Assembly (NCBI GenBank): GCA_012295275.1
Contig: CM022669.1
Coordinates: 7,626,001-7,690,000 of the forward strand
Source of the DNA: Chrysomallon squamiferum
Taxonomy: Eukaryota > Animalia > Mollusca
Direction: 5' to 3'
Length of the DNA: 64,000 nt
The stretch's first letter is position 1. Every line of letters starts with the position of its first letter. Positions 9,832 to 24,380 of the stretch are shown in pieces. The translations under genes were made by a program, and so were the position numbers. The notes beneath the pieces are model-generated. The model did not search any database. It was not told where the DNA came from and worked only from the letters and a program-made list of their open reading frames with translations.

Positions 9832-12800
9832 ATGGCAGACTCCGTGGAGAAACTCATGACAAAAGCTATTGACCAATATTTAAAATTATATCAAAATCCT
9901 GAAGATTTTTTCAGGTAATATACGCTTTTTAACACATATATAGAATAATTAACTTCCTATTAAATGCTTTTAATTTTATTAATCTGCTCTGTACATTAAA
10001 AAGATAAACTATGCTTATTTAAAGCTGATATTTATTATATGATAATAATGCAGCATGTTTCATGTTATCTCTGATCTCAAGACAAGAGACTAAGCTAAAG
10101 TGGTAACTAAGTAATAGAACGGGAGAGGTAGACAAGAATGGCACTTGCTGACACGTGTGTGTGTGTGTGTGCACGTGTGTGTGTGTGCGTGCGTGCGTGC
10201 GCGTGTATGTGTATGATTGTCAAGTACTGATTAACTGTTTTACTTTAGTTTAAGATTAGTAAATATATTCTAAATATCTGACACCTTTAAACCTAAACTG
10301 CTAAAGATTATCTATCCTTTTATAATTAATTTCCTAAATTTTTCTTTTCTTAAATTACACAACAGACACTACCGAACACATACCCACTCATATTCATAAA
10401 ACACTGTGGTCATGCTGCAGTCAGAAATGTTAAAAATAAGTACAATATTTATGTTTTTCAATTATAATTAATTTTACTTTGTAGTGTAAACAAGAAGTTG
10501 GCTACTGGTTTAAGAAACACAACCAAGTCAATATATGAAATAAACAAAACCCAGAACTTGGTTCCAAAAGTTGGTTTACCAGAACTCATCATTAAGAATT
10601 TTGATGATGAACAAATCTGGCAGCAGCTTGAACTGAGAAATGATTCATCAGTCCCGAATTTATTAAATGATGTTGCCAGGATTGTTGCCAGTACAGATAC
10701 ACTAACTTTTGAGGCATGCAGATCAAAAGATCATGAAAATAAAATTAAAATTGCCACCAATGGAAACATTTCTGATGGTGATGTTCCTGATTCAAATGTT
10801 GATTCAGAATCGGACACAGACACAGAACTGACACGAATCAGAAATCGCATCTCAGAAATAGAAAATGATGTCACTGAGGGTCAAGGATCAGATAGTGAAT
10901 TAGACTTCGACTTTAATGTGGATGATGATGTTGATATGAATGATGATGATGATGATGATGGTGATAGAGATGAAGAGAGAATGCATGATGATGAGGGGGA
11001 AGAGGAAGAGTTAGAATCGGAGAAGAAGCAGAAGAAGAAAATATCATATAAAAGTGAGGTAGATGACAAGTTCTTCAAGCTGTCAGAACTGGAAAACTTC
11101 CTGGATGCTGAAGATGCAAAAGAAGAACGAAGACAGAGAAGAGAAAGGCAAGGAGGTGATGGTAATGATGAAAATGACGATGTAGAAGATGATGAGGATG
11201 ATATTGATATGTTTCAAAACATGTCATCATCAGATGAAGAGGTAAGTAAACCACATTTATTTCAGTGGAATAAATAACCTAAATGGCAACTTTTCCTTTA
11301 ATTTATTAAATTAAAAAATATATATTATTATTATTATTTATCTTCACCATTATTGCATTTGACTGGGAATAAGTCCAGGGAATAAAAAGCTTTTTGATGA
11401 ACAGTTCAGTATCAAATAAAGGGAACTGACTCAGAAAATAAAACAACAGGAAAAGGTGTTCATATTCTCCTACACTGTGCGTTTTTTACTTAGATCCCTG
11501 GGGCAGTGGTTTTTCTTCTTTTTTTCTCTCCTTTTATTTCCATTATTATAATTTATATATTATGATTTTTTTGGGGTAGCCTGGCATATTCACAGATTTG
11601 ATCATGATTGTTAAAAGTGAAAAATCAAGGTGGACTTATTCACAAACCTATTCCAAATCAGTAAATCAGATACATAGTATCATAACATAGTCTGTCAAGC
11701 TATTATATTTGTCTTCAATATATCATGTTGTTTGCAGGAAGGTACAGCAAGGAATTTGAAATATGAAGATTTTTTTTACCCTCCTGATGAAGATGAGAGT
11801 TCTAAAGACAAAGTAGAAACTTCAGAAAAAACATCAAAGAAAAATGTTTCCTTCAGCAAAGATGTGGAAGAGTAATTTTATTTTTATTTCTAACTCTCGG
11901 TATACCCTCACACTGAATAGAAATTATGTGATATATTGCAGAATTGTGGGATGAGCTCTGAAAATTGTCCGAGAACACTGACATGAAAGTTAACTGTCAT
12001 TTTTATAGAGTAATTTTCTTTTTTCTGAAAAATAAAAAAAATAAAAAATAAAGATCTAACCCTTTATAAACTTTGTATTTATTATGATTATTATTATTAT
12101 TATTATTATTTCATTTTTGTTTTAGAAATAAAGGTGTAAAAGATAAAAAACAAGAAAATCCATTTGATTCTGATAGTGATGGTGAAGATGTTACCAACGT
12201 CATTGGTGGCAAGAAAGAAAACAGTCTGTCTTCTTATGAAAAACGTCAACAAAAGGTTTTTCCTATTTTACTTTCCAGTTCTAGATATAGATCTTTTTTC
12301 ATAAATTAATTGTTGTTTGTTAGACGCACAGGGAGAATAGCAATATGAAATGTGTTTGTACAGAGAGATGCAAGAACTAAGCACTGAATCCTGAAACTGA
12401 AGGAGCTTGCTTCAAGTTGTATTAGTGGAATGAAAAAAACCTGTTACATGTTTCTGTGTAGACACTAGATATAATTTCTTTAAACAGCTAATACAGATTA
12501 TTTTTCTTTCTTCTTATTTGTAATTTGTTTTTCAATTTTTTTTTTCAGTTTTTAAGACTGTGATTGCAGATAAAATGTAATTTATATAAATCTTTTACTT
12601 GGTTTTATATATTTATATTCAAAATTTATTTAAAGTTGAAGGCAAAGATAGCCAAGATGGAAGATGCCAGTCTGTTGGAGAAACCATGGCAACTGTCTGG
12701 AGAGGTGATAGCCAAGGCAAGACCAGAAAACAGCTTGTTGGAGGAGTTCGTTCAGTTCGAACATACAACAAGACCAGGTAGGTCATTCAAAAATAAAATA

Positions 12801-15800
12801 AACAAAGTGAAATAAAATACTGAAAACATTCATATTATTATTTATTTCTTTTTGAGAAAATTGTTTTATTTATTCTGAAAATGTTTATGGTTTTTCAAAC
12901 TAATTACTGACAATAGTTGATTAATATAATTTATATGTTTTGCTTGGAAGTTGGGGGGGAGTCTGATCTGACCAGAACTGGAAAATAGATACGATAGTGT
13001 TTCCACTTTATTTATCAACTGCTTTACTAATGGCAATCATGTAATCTCTTCGCAGATACTGAGTGGTTCATATTTCATTATTTGTCATTTTTATTTTAAT
13101 TTTAATTATAGCTCCAGTAATTACAGAAGAGACCACTAAAAGTTTAGAAGAGATCGTCAAGCAAAGAATTAAAGATCAAGTAAGTTAATATCAGCATCAC
13201 ATTTACTGCCATTGCATGTTAATGTGTACGTGAGTTTGTGTTTGTGTGTCCTGTTTTGATTAGTAATGAAGTGTAATAACAAAATAAGGTGGGTATTTTT
13301 AAAAATATGTTTGCTGCCACTTTTCTGATGTCACCACATAGACAGCAGCTGATTTTTGTCAAGTGTTGTCAGAAAAATATACAACTACGTGAACAGTGAC
13401 ACCACCACAGATTAAAATGACAGCATTTGGGTATTTTGTAATAGTGTTATTTTACTGACATACTTTGATACACGAGTTATGATAAAATAATAATCTATTT
13501 GTGTAGTCCTGGGATGATGTTGAACGTAAAGAGAGGAAAAAAGAGGATCCATTTGAATACAAGAAAAAACTAACACTGGACATGGAGAAAAGTAAGATGT
13601 CTCTGGGCGAGATCTACGAACAGGAATATCTCAAACAACAACAGGTTATTATCATTATTATCACTATTATCACTATCATCATCATCATCATCATTACAGT
13701 TATTGTTACTGTTATATTTTTTACATTGGGAATAATTGTGATACATTTTACCATTATAGAAATATATTGCTTGTTATCTTTATTAGAAATATAAAAATAT
13801 ATAGTATGTTTTACATTAGTATTATTTAATATATTTAGAAGTATTGGATGCATTTTATCATTTTTTTTTTTTTTATTTGAATCTTGTATTAATAATAAAT
13901 AAAATAATATAAACAAAACTATACAGTGATTGATTTAATTTACCATTATTAAAATATATTTGTTATAAATTTAGCACTGAATTATTTTATTTGAAATATA
14001 TTTCAGTCAAAATCGTCAGTTTAAAATTAACCAAATAAATTTTTTTTACGGATTTAGTTGAAAATAAGTTAATATCTGAGTACTAATACTGTACAGTAAT
14101 TTATTAAGATTAAACAATATGTACATATGTTATTAAGAACTTAATGTGAAGACTGGAATGTTTTGGGTTTTTTTTCATTTAAATACATCAATAAATCGTT
14201 AAATCAATAAGTCGTTAAAAAATATTTTTGACAGTAGAAATAAAATAATATTTTAGAACTGTATCTAAACCTGATTTACTGTGAAAACTAAGATCAATTT
14301 ATATAAAAAAAAAAATAGTAATTGTTTTATATTTAAAAAACAAATAGGTATTACAAAATAAATATAAAATATATATAAGATGATTTTAAGTCTTGTTTTA
14401 TGTTATAGAAAGAAGAAGAAGACAAAAAGGATCCACAACATGAAGACATTAAAAAGATGATGACGTCATTGTTTTTAAAACTCGATGCCCTCAGCAACTT
14501 TCACTACACCCCGAAACAGGTTTTCTGTTTACTACTTTGCTTTTGTCTGCAAACAACTTAGAACTAATGTGGTCTAACCCTCAGAACAGTGATATTGAGA
14601 TCATCAATACTGAAATTATTAAATTACCTTTTAAAAAAAAAAAAAAAAAAAAAAATATTAAAAAATAATTAATGCTCACAAGATTGCTCATGAATCCAGT
14701 TAAAGGTGTTGAACAATTCAGGTATTGATGGAGCTTATCAGAATCTATTTCTTATTTCTTTATGGTGTGACTATTCTGTTTTCAGACTGCACATTTACTG
14801 TTTTATTATTTGGTAAATTTTAGTGTCAAAAATATGTGTTAAAATATTATTTTTTGTCAAAATAAAACAATATTAAAAATTTCACTCTTACATTTTTGGT
14901 AATAATATTGGTACATGCAGACAGTCAGAATGTATTATGTAAACTTTAGTCTATTTTAGGAGTGCTATAATCAGCCTATATATACTTTGTTCATTTTAAA
15001 TTAAAATTATACATTCAAATGATAGTTTTATATTGTTTTAAATTTTACCTGTGGTTTTACTAACAAGTCATCTTAATATATTTTGCATATTTGTGATTGT
15101 TACGAGTCTAGATACATTTCTTTATTAAAATATGTCACCACCAGTAAGCATTATGCCTGAAAATCATTTATACTTTTTTTTAATTGACCTTTGTTCAGAA
15201 TTAAAATTTTGTTAATTTTCAGTCTGTTCCTGAAGTGAAGATTGTGTCGAATCTGCCTTCTATAGTGATGGAGGAGGTAGCTCCTGTCAGTGTCAGTGAT
15301 GCTACACTCCTTGCGCCGGAGGAGATTCAAGTAAGCATTTATTAATAAAGCACTTAAATAATCAAACATTTAAAATGTTCAAAAACTTGTAATTTTCTTA
15401 CATTTAATACTTTTCTGGTAAAAACAAACATTTTTAATTAATTTTTTTTTTTTTTAAACTCTGCCACAATTTTAATATCACTGGTAAATTTATTTACAAT
15501 TATATTAAAACTGTATAAGAAGTATATTATTTTAATGGCAGTCAAATTCAGTTATAAAATTTAATTCCAGCAGAAAATAATAAAATAAAATATTGTTTAT
15601 TATGAAAAGGGTAACATTGTAAAGCATTGAGATCCACATTACATAACAAAAAATCTAAAATAATGGGAAAAGAAAATCAGGGAATAACAATACATTTTAT
15701 ATAAATTTGATTTCAGGAAAAGCAGAAGGGAGAAGTAAAAGGCAAACTAGAGAAGTCTGACGTGGATCGCAGGAGAGAAAGAAGAAAGAAGAAGACCATG

Positions 15801-16585
15801 AAAAGGCTGAGAAGGATTGAGAAAGAGAAAAGAGAAAAGCTTGTAGAGAAAATGAAGCCTGGTCTTGGTAACAAATACAGCAAAGAGAAAGCTCTCAAAG
15901 ACTTGGAGAAACAGTCCAAACTGTCCAAGAACGTTACTGTCATTAAAGTATGTTTATTCCTTCTTTTTCTTCTCCTCTAATTCCATCTTTATATTCTTGG
16001 TTTAAAGCACATTTGAGGAATTTATTTGGTTCTTTTATTTTTGAAGGATTGTTGAAGTTGTTCTTTTATATTTTTTAATTAATTTTATTTGGGTGGGAGT
16101 AATTCGAGGGTGGTGATGTGAAACTGAAATTATAATAAAAATAAAGAATTTATAGTCCTGTCTCAGTTTCTTGGTTTATACTCCTCATTAACAACTGCTA
16201 GAAATAATGCACTGAATAATAGCCAGAAGTTCCTCTTTTTGTTAAACAAGATTTTAATTTTCTATTAACAGATTGCTTGTTTTTGTTTCTTAAAAAAGAT
16301 TTTTCAGTTGAGATGAATCTGAATATTGTACGTTCTCACAGTGTTATCAGAAGAAAAATTATTATTTAATAAATAACAGAATTTGGAAACAGAAATTAAA
16401 GTAATTTCTAGTAATATTGCTTATCTTAATTATTTCAGGAAAACGGATTCAAAAAGAATGTTGGCTCATCAACAGCATTTTTCACTCAGCTGCAGGAAGA
16501 AGTAACCTCACATATTAACAAGTCAAAGGAAATTAAAAAAAGTAAAAAGAAGGAGAAACCTTCATCTTCAAAACTCAAGTTGTAA
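9832..16585 (+). CDS. MPHOSPH10: U3 snoRNP protein MPP10
   Basis: Exons ~9832-9914, 10485-11241, 11738-11871, 12126-12255, 12636-12777, 13112-13180, 13507-13644, 14409-14519, 15223-15330, 15717-15947, 16439-16585. Motifs [95 protein letters not shown]-terminal KLKL*. Confidence 0.96.
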
Positions 16586-16908
16586 AGTTTCAGAAAACTT
16601 TGTAATGACTTTTTGATTACAGCAAAAATGTTGAGTCATAATTAAAGTGAGATGAAAATGTTTTGTTTGTTTTTGTCTACAAATAATATTTTAAGTCTTG
16701 TTTGTTATGATACATATAAAACTGAAGAATAAATCTAAAGTTTCATTTATTATAACAATATTAATGATTATAAAGTCTTCACACCAACTCTTACACAGAA
16801 ATGTGAACAAGCTGATAATATTGTTTGTGATTATACACTATTTATTTTTTAAATTTATAGTGTTACAATCACAGTGTCGTGTTTTTTGTATAACTTAAAC
16901 ATCACAAA

Positions 16909-19900
16909 TCAGTCTTCCCATGGATTCATGTCTGTGTCTATAGCAATACAGTTGTAGGCAGCATAGCGAATCTTCTCTTCTGCAATTTTAGCACTGAAAA
17001 AAAAATTAAATTTCTTTTAAATGTAAGCCTTGTAACCATCTACATTTCAATATTAATATTAAACGTTTAAGCTGTACAGAAAAACATGGCTCCACTGTAA
17101 AGAAATAATATGTAATTTTGTCTCAGTTAATTACAATGATACTGCATTTGTATAAAGTCAAAAAACTCCAGTTATCACATTGTAATCAAAAAAAAATTAT
17201 TTAAAAAAAAAAAAGAGAAAAAAAAGCTGTTGTCAAAAAATTTAAAAATATCATTTTATTCAAATAAATATATACATTTTAAATTTTCTGTCTATTAATA
17301 ATTATCCAGATATTTCCATCTATTGATAAACTTTAAATGATTTATGAAAAATTTACACTAAAAAGATTATTAATGTGTTTTCAAGTTACTATTTACCCAC
17401 AAAACAATGAAAAAACTTAGTGAATAGATTTACCTTTTCAAACAAGAAATTTAGAGATTATTCTAAAAGGGTTCACATTCTTGCAAAAAACTGAAAAACA
17501 TTATGTTTGCAGTATCTATCTGTATAAAACTTATGTAACACAAACCTTGAATAATATGGTAAATACAGCATATTCCCACAGGTTGAAGATTCAGGGAGTG
17601 AATCAATTGCATCTCTGAAATGAAATATTAAATACATCATTTTTTTTTTTATATTACATTTGGTGTACATTCTAATGCTGGCATATTTGGAAGAATGATC
17701 ATTGCAATTCTTTTGAAAATTAAAATTTATTACAGTTTCAACATGAAGTACATTATAATTAAAATAAGTGAGGATAAAATGCATTTATAATTTAATTTCG
17801 TTTTTCAAAATATATAATCTGATAAAATAGGTTCACAGATTCAGTTTTTATTACATTCTGCCAAACATTCATTGGCAAAAAATAATAAATTATTTAATTT
17901 TAAATTGAAAGCACAAAGTTTAGTTTATGTTTTATTTCTGAAATTTTACCCTTTTCCAGATGATATGTAAAGTGGTGCAGGTAGGCGTCTTCTTCCAGTT
18001 ACAAATCTCAAAAATCTGCTACGATCTTCATTAGAGAACCTTTTTAGTGCTTCCCAAAGATACTTCACACGAATATCATCCTCTTCCAAGTCATCATAAT
18101 GTGCTGAACAGCAGAGTGTGCCAAAATACAATTAGTTTGAACAACTTCTTATCAGTCACTAGCAATTTCAATCGCTGCTAATTAACAATGGAAAACGTAA
18201 TGGTATGTATCTTTCTCAATTAAAAACCTAGATTTTTTTTAAACATTTTCTCATAGCTTCTCTGAAAACAGTGAAAATAACCAGTTTGGTGATCCTTTCA
18301 TCCAGAATATTTAATTAAATAAAACATTATAACTGATAATTATCACAGAAAAAATAAACAACAGTCTTACTTGTTTTTCTAAGAGCTTCTATTGTAATGA
18401 TGGGCTCCCCACAAACTCTGCTCTCAAGTTCTTGCCAGGGCAGTAAATCAAGAACGGCAACAGGTAAATTTTTCATCAAACCTCGCTTGATAGCTGCTAC
18501 CTGTTGATTATATTATAAATATCTGTACACATAACAAAACAGGCAAATAGGATGTATGTTTACAGTTGTTTTTGGTTTTTTTTCGTTTTTTTTCTTTGTT
18601 TTGTTTGCATTTAGGCATCAAAAGAAGGTGTGGAAATGATTTTTTTCTCTCTATCATCTTCTAAAGTAAAATATTATTGCAAATGTTCAACATTATTCAG
18701 TTACATTTGACTGATAAATACTGATTTTCAAAATATTTAAATATTATAAATTTTTGTGTTTTATTTTTTCTATTTTTTATTTGTCAAAGGTTTAAATATT
18801 AACACAAACACACCCACAAAAAATTATCCCAAATCCTTTTGTTTTGTCATTAATATTGCTCTTTTTTTTAATTTACCTTTGTTCAGAATATTGTATGAGA
18901 TTTGACCAGTAACAAATTAAATAATATTTCTAACTCTATACATGGTTTAAAGAACTTTCTCACCTGTTCATCGAATTCTGACATTCTGACCTCACGTACT
19001 TTGTCACAATATTCTTTGCGATCCTCAAATGAAAGAGGCAGGGGGTTTCCATCTGCATCCATCCGCAACACAACTACACTTCCATCACTAAGCAACAAGC
19101 TCCAATGACTGGCAACATCCGCAAATTCTTTTTTTTCCATCATCTCCATGTTATTGATCAAATTTACCTATAATTAACATCTCGTAACTAATTTAAACAC
19201 AACTTTTATGGATGCCAATATATGCAGTCCAAATATATTTTGTACATCTTCAAAATGATTGCTTTAGGCCTTTATTTATATTATAGACCAAGTCTTTGCA
19301 AATGTAAAAGAAATATATATATATAAATGTAATGATTAGTGGAGGCAACCAACTTTTTGAATTCTGAAATAATCACTTTCCATATACACAGTACAAGTTA
19401 AAATGTAAGAGAAAGAAAATGAAACAATTAAAATATTAGGAAAAATAAATATTTGCAATTAAGTTTTATTTTGTATGTTAAAGAATATAATATATTTTCT
19501 GGATTAAATTTTTACACCTGAAGAAGGTTGATAACATATTTTCCTTGTCCCAGTATTTAAAAAAATGAACTAAAAGAAGTTCTCTGACATATGTTTTTTT
19601 TTTCAGTAGGTGTTTTGGAGATCACAAAAACCAGTACATGCTCACCTCTGCAGCATCAACAGAATTGTAATCATTAGTCCACGTAACTGTTTCCCCAACC
19701 AATTTTTTCCACACAAATCTTGGCAGAGACAAAATCTGAAGAAAAAAATAAAATAAATAACAACATTTTTCTTTAAAAAAGCAAAACGATAATTGGCATA
19801 AAGAAACTTTTATTTTATTTTTATTATTTTCAATTATTATAGGTTAATTTTATTTTTGAACACACACACATACATTTATATATAGATATAGATCAATAAA

Positions 19901-22692
19901 CTCTGATTATATCTTTAACCTTTAAATGTAACTGAAATTAACGTTCTGAAAGTATAGCTTGGTACTTGAATAAAAATTAATACTGAATACAAAAATGATA
20001 CAAAATTATTTGTAAATTTACATACTAAGTTTTCTCGTCCCCGGAAACAAGCCCCCATCAACTGGCCAATCCATTCATACTTTTCAAAGTCAACACACGA
20101 GGGATTAGGAATGTAGACATCACAAACAACAGTTCCATCATCATGTCTCTAAGTAACAAATTGTGATAATAAATACGAAAAGTAACATTATCTGTTTAGA
20201 GTACTTTACTACTCTCTAAGTATGATGTCAAATTACAAATATGAAAGAATTACTTCATGCATGTCCATACACATGCACTCATACTTCCACCTATATACAC
20301 ATTTATAGCTAGACTATATGTTTTTCCTGTCACTTCATGTAATAATTTATTACCATATTTGTAGTGAATAAATCCCTATTCTAATTCATCGAATACTGTT
20401 TCATGTTTGTAAATGTATTTATTTAGGAGTCTGTCTGTAAAGTATCTACGTACTTGGTTTGGTGCTCTGATGAAATATGGCAGTGGCATCGGTCCGTCAG
20501 CGCTGGTGGGACATAACTCTTCTGCCAAGTCGGACAAACTATCCCGAAACCCACCTCCCTGATCAATGATCCCCTCTGACAAAAACTTACATTCCCACCA
20601 CTGTTCATAGTTAGCTGGAAATCTTTAAGTATTAGTAAAAAGAAACAAAATTATTTGAAATAATTAGGCAGAATACTTATAAATATGTTGAATCATTTGT
20701 ATTTCATACAATGAGGATATCAAATGGAAATATACATGAATATGTCAAGTGGTATTTGTAAAATGTATCACAATATAACAACACATTTACTGACTAATTG
20801 CAAATAACTATATATTGGTTGTTATAGAGATAACACAGATAGTGTTTATTAACTGAAAGTTGTCTTAAGAAAACCCCAGTGATCCTAGCCCAAGTACAAC
20901 CTTTCTCCCAACTATTCACACAAAAAGTTTAGAAAATGTAAATCAAAATGTATCTTTGGTGCAGACGTAAATCTACTGGTATCATTAGTTATATATTTTA
21001 ACTATTTGAAACTAATGGCAAAGATTAATTATCTTAGTGAATGCGTTACTTAAAAGAGAAAAAATGGAATCATAAACTGATTTACCTGTAATCTAATGGC
21101 TTGGATGACCGATCTCTAGGCTTCAAGCCTTCATAGAGTTGAATAAACACAGTTTGTTTGTTCTGTGGATCCAGGCTAGGGTTGCATCTGTGTTCCATCG
21201 CTGAACGGCGATTTACATAAACTATAGGTTTGTCTGGTGGTCTGAAAACATATTTAATGTATTTTATTCTGACTTTCGATAACTTTCAAAAGGCATTAGT
21301 TATCTTATGAATAAATATTTTAAAATAACTATATTAATCTTTTTTAATCTTTTTATTTATTTTATTTTTTATTATTATTATTGATGTCTTTGGATTTACA
21401 AGAAGAATAAAAATTCTATCTTTACAAAATTTAATATAAATATGTCATATTATTTATACATTTTATTTTTTGTAGATAAAATTGCCCTAAATTTAATCAA
21501 CAAATTACACAACTCACTCATTAACTGTTGCTTTAAGGAATATATCAATAAGAGATTGTTTCTTCTTTGACATTCGCAGAAACTGTCGAATAACCTGAAA
21601 TTAGAAACTTTTAAACATTACAACATATTTTGGGCGTTTCTTTAAAAATTATCACAAACCATATTTTTATAGAAAACAATATTGCTGATATGCATAAACA
21701 TTTAACCTAAGGTACATTTTGCTCTGCTGACTTTTTAATTTATTATTATTACTATTATTTATATATTTTCTTTTTACTTTTCATTTATTTTTATTTTATT
21801 ATTTTATAAATTTGTTTATGATTTTTTTTAAATATACTTTTTTTTTTCTTTGTTATTTTGTTATTTTTTTATTGTCTTTAAAATAATTCTTATATTATTA
21901 TTATTATCTTAGATCAGCCAGTACCTCCAGACATTTGTATGATCCCACAGAAAATTGCCAGGCTGGAACCATGAGATGTAGGACACTATCCAGTATTGTT
22001 ATAAACCTAAACAAAATTGATATGTCTAATTACAACACACACCATGTCTTTTATCATCAGTAACAATTAAATATAAAATATACATGTATTAAAGCACTAT
22101 ATTTCATTTCATGGTGATACAAGATTCAAGTTAATTTTATGAAAACAAATGATTGAAGCAAAATTCCATTAAAAAACCCATGTTACATCAACTAAAACCA
22201 CTAAAGATCAAATCAAGTTCACTTCAGATCCATCACTTAAGTATCCTGGTGCATGTCAATAAGAGAGTAAAATGCTCAAAATAAAAATATGGCAAATATT
22301 ATCTAATGACATACATTCATCCATGCACACATGTGAATTCACTCACAAACATGTACACATGTACAGAGTTAATATGAAACAGGTAGTTTTTACCTCTGTA
22401 AAACAATGGAGCGTCTGTACAGCTGGTCAGGACTATAGGCTTCAAGTATCGGATATCTAACTAGGTTGTCACTTCTGAAGAAATCTCTGTCGAAACCTAG
22501 AGACCTCTCCTCTGTCGATGTTAACTTGATACCTCGTATCCTTGTGTCTATTCCTCCAGCTGTTCATGAAACAAACAGTTAACAGTTTTTAATGCATGTT
22601 AACCAAAACGTATGTCTCACACACACACACACACAAACATAAACACACTCACACACACACACACAAACACAAACACACACACACACACACAC

Positions 22693-22743
<51 letters not shown>

Positions 22744-24327
22744 CTATATATTTACTATTGTGTCTATTCCTCCAGCTGTTCATGCAACAAAAGATTATGA
22801 GATTTTAATGCATGTTAACCAAATCATATATGACACACACACACACCAATATATTATTTTGTCTATTGATCCAACTGTACATGCAACACAAGATTAATAG
22901 TTTTTAATGCATGTTAATCAATACTAATACTAACACACATAAACACCTATGTATTTAGGCTCCATATTTTTCTGGTGACTTTATTCAATATTTTATTATC
23001 ATATTAATACCAACAGTGATGAGGAATAATACCATTATTGTAATTAATTTATCTACTATTACTTTAATCCAGTTTGCAATTTGTATTTACTGTATGTTGT
23101 TTCCAAGTTAAGATTTTGCTGAAGTAATTTCTTCAGAAAAATATGAGTAGTGGGACATAAAATATTTTCTTTGATATGTTTGCCATGTAGCACAGGCTGA
23201 AATGGAATGTTAGTAATAGGCCTCATTAACAGATTTTAATAGATCACCCTTTAAAGCTACAATGATTTCCATATGTTCACTTTTTTGTTTCATTTTTCTT
23301 TTGTTGTTTTTTTTACTGTTAATCTTTAAGTATCAATATTTATTAATAAACATATGCTGAGAAAAACATAACAAAAAAAAAACACTACTGAAGTAAAATC
23401 ATACTTTTACATTCTTTAATTCGAATCATGATGACAGGATAATGTTCAGTTGCTCCGTCAAGTAACAAAATGTCCTGATGTCCTGTGATAGTCCTGAAAC
23501 AATCATAACATACACCAGTAGAAATACTTGTTTCTGATGGTTAACTTGCATAAATAAACTGAACAGTCTGAACAGTAAAAATCTGGTGTGGAAAAATGTT
23601 AAAGAAGTAAAATAATGGCATTATTTCAAAATTAAACTGTGCCCTTGCTGTTGCCAACAAAATATATGAGCATATTTTTCTGTGACTGTTGGCGATTTAG
23701 ATGGGAGGGTTTGTGTTTTTGTGTTTTGTGGGGGTTTTCCCCTGACACTGGACATTTGCTGAAAATAATGAAAAACAATCATACAATAGAAAGAGACTGC
23801 AAAAAAAGAAATAATTAAATAAATAAATATAATGATGGCAACTTTGCTACTTTTTTTTCACTCATATTGAAGGTAAAGAAATGAGAGTAAGTAAATGACA
23901 GAAAACAAAGAGTGTATTTGTTTACATGTTACCCAAAGTCTAATTAAATGCTGTTTCTTAATTAAATCTCTAAAAGATATTATAACTGAGCTTATGTAAT
24001 TAATAAATTAACTGATTAACTGAGACATGACAGTCAAAATATATTTTACAGATATGATTTGAAGAAATGATTTTTCTTGGTTGTGATTGGTCAAGTATTA
24101 TTTTTCAGGTCACAATTGTTTTTTTTTTTTTTTTGGGGGGGTATGTTTTTTGATGATTTTTTTTTTTTTATTTTTTTTTTTTTAAGTATGGTTTTTAACC
24201 TACCAGTCTATATGTACAGTGCTGATTATTTTCAGATTATCTTGTTCTCCACCCTGGATTACAAACCGTGAAGGTAAGTAATTGTCATCACTGCCATCCA
24301 CAGTACAATATAATTTTCTGTAATAAC

Positions 24328-24380
<53 letters not shown>

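Noticed and set aside
10881-11078. Ser-rich - strand ORF and other antisense ORFs over exons (5451, 15713, 18902, 25048, 37503, 41438)
   Set aside because: Shadows of real exons on the opposite strand.
22596-22808. His-Thr repeat ORFs and similar poly-N, poly-L, RE, SL, CV, YI ORFs (24268, 24288, 27202, 28505, 35418, 36322, 42847, 46054)
   Set aside because: Translations of microsatellites.
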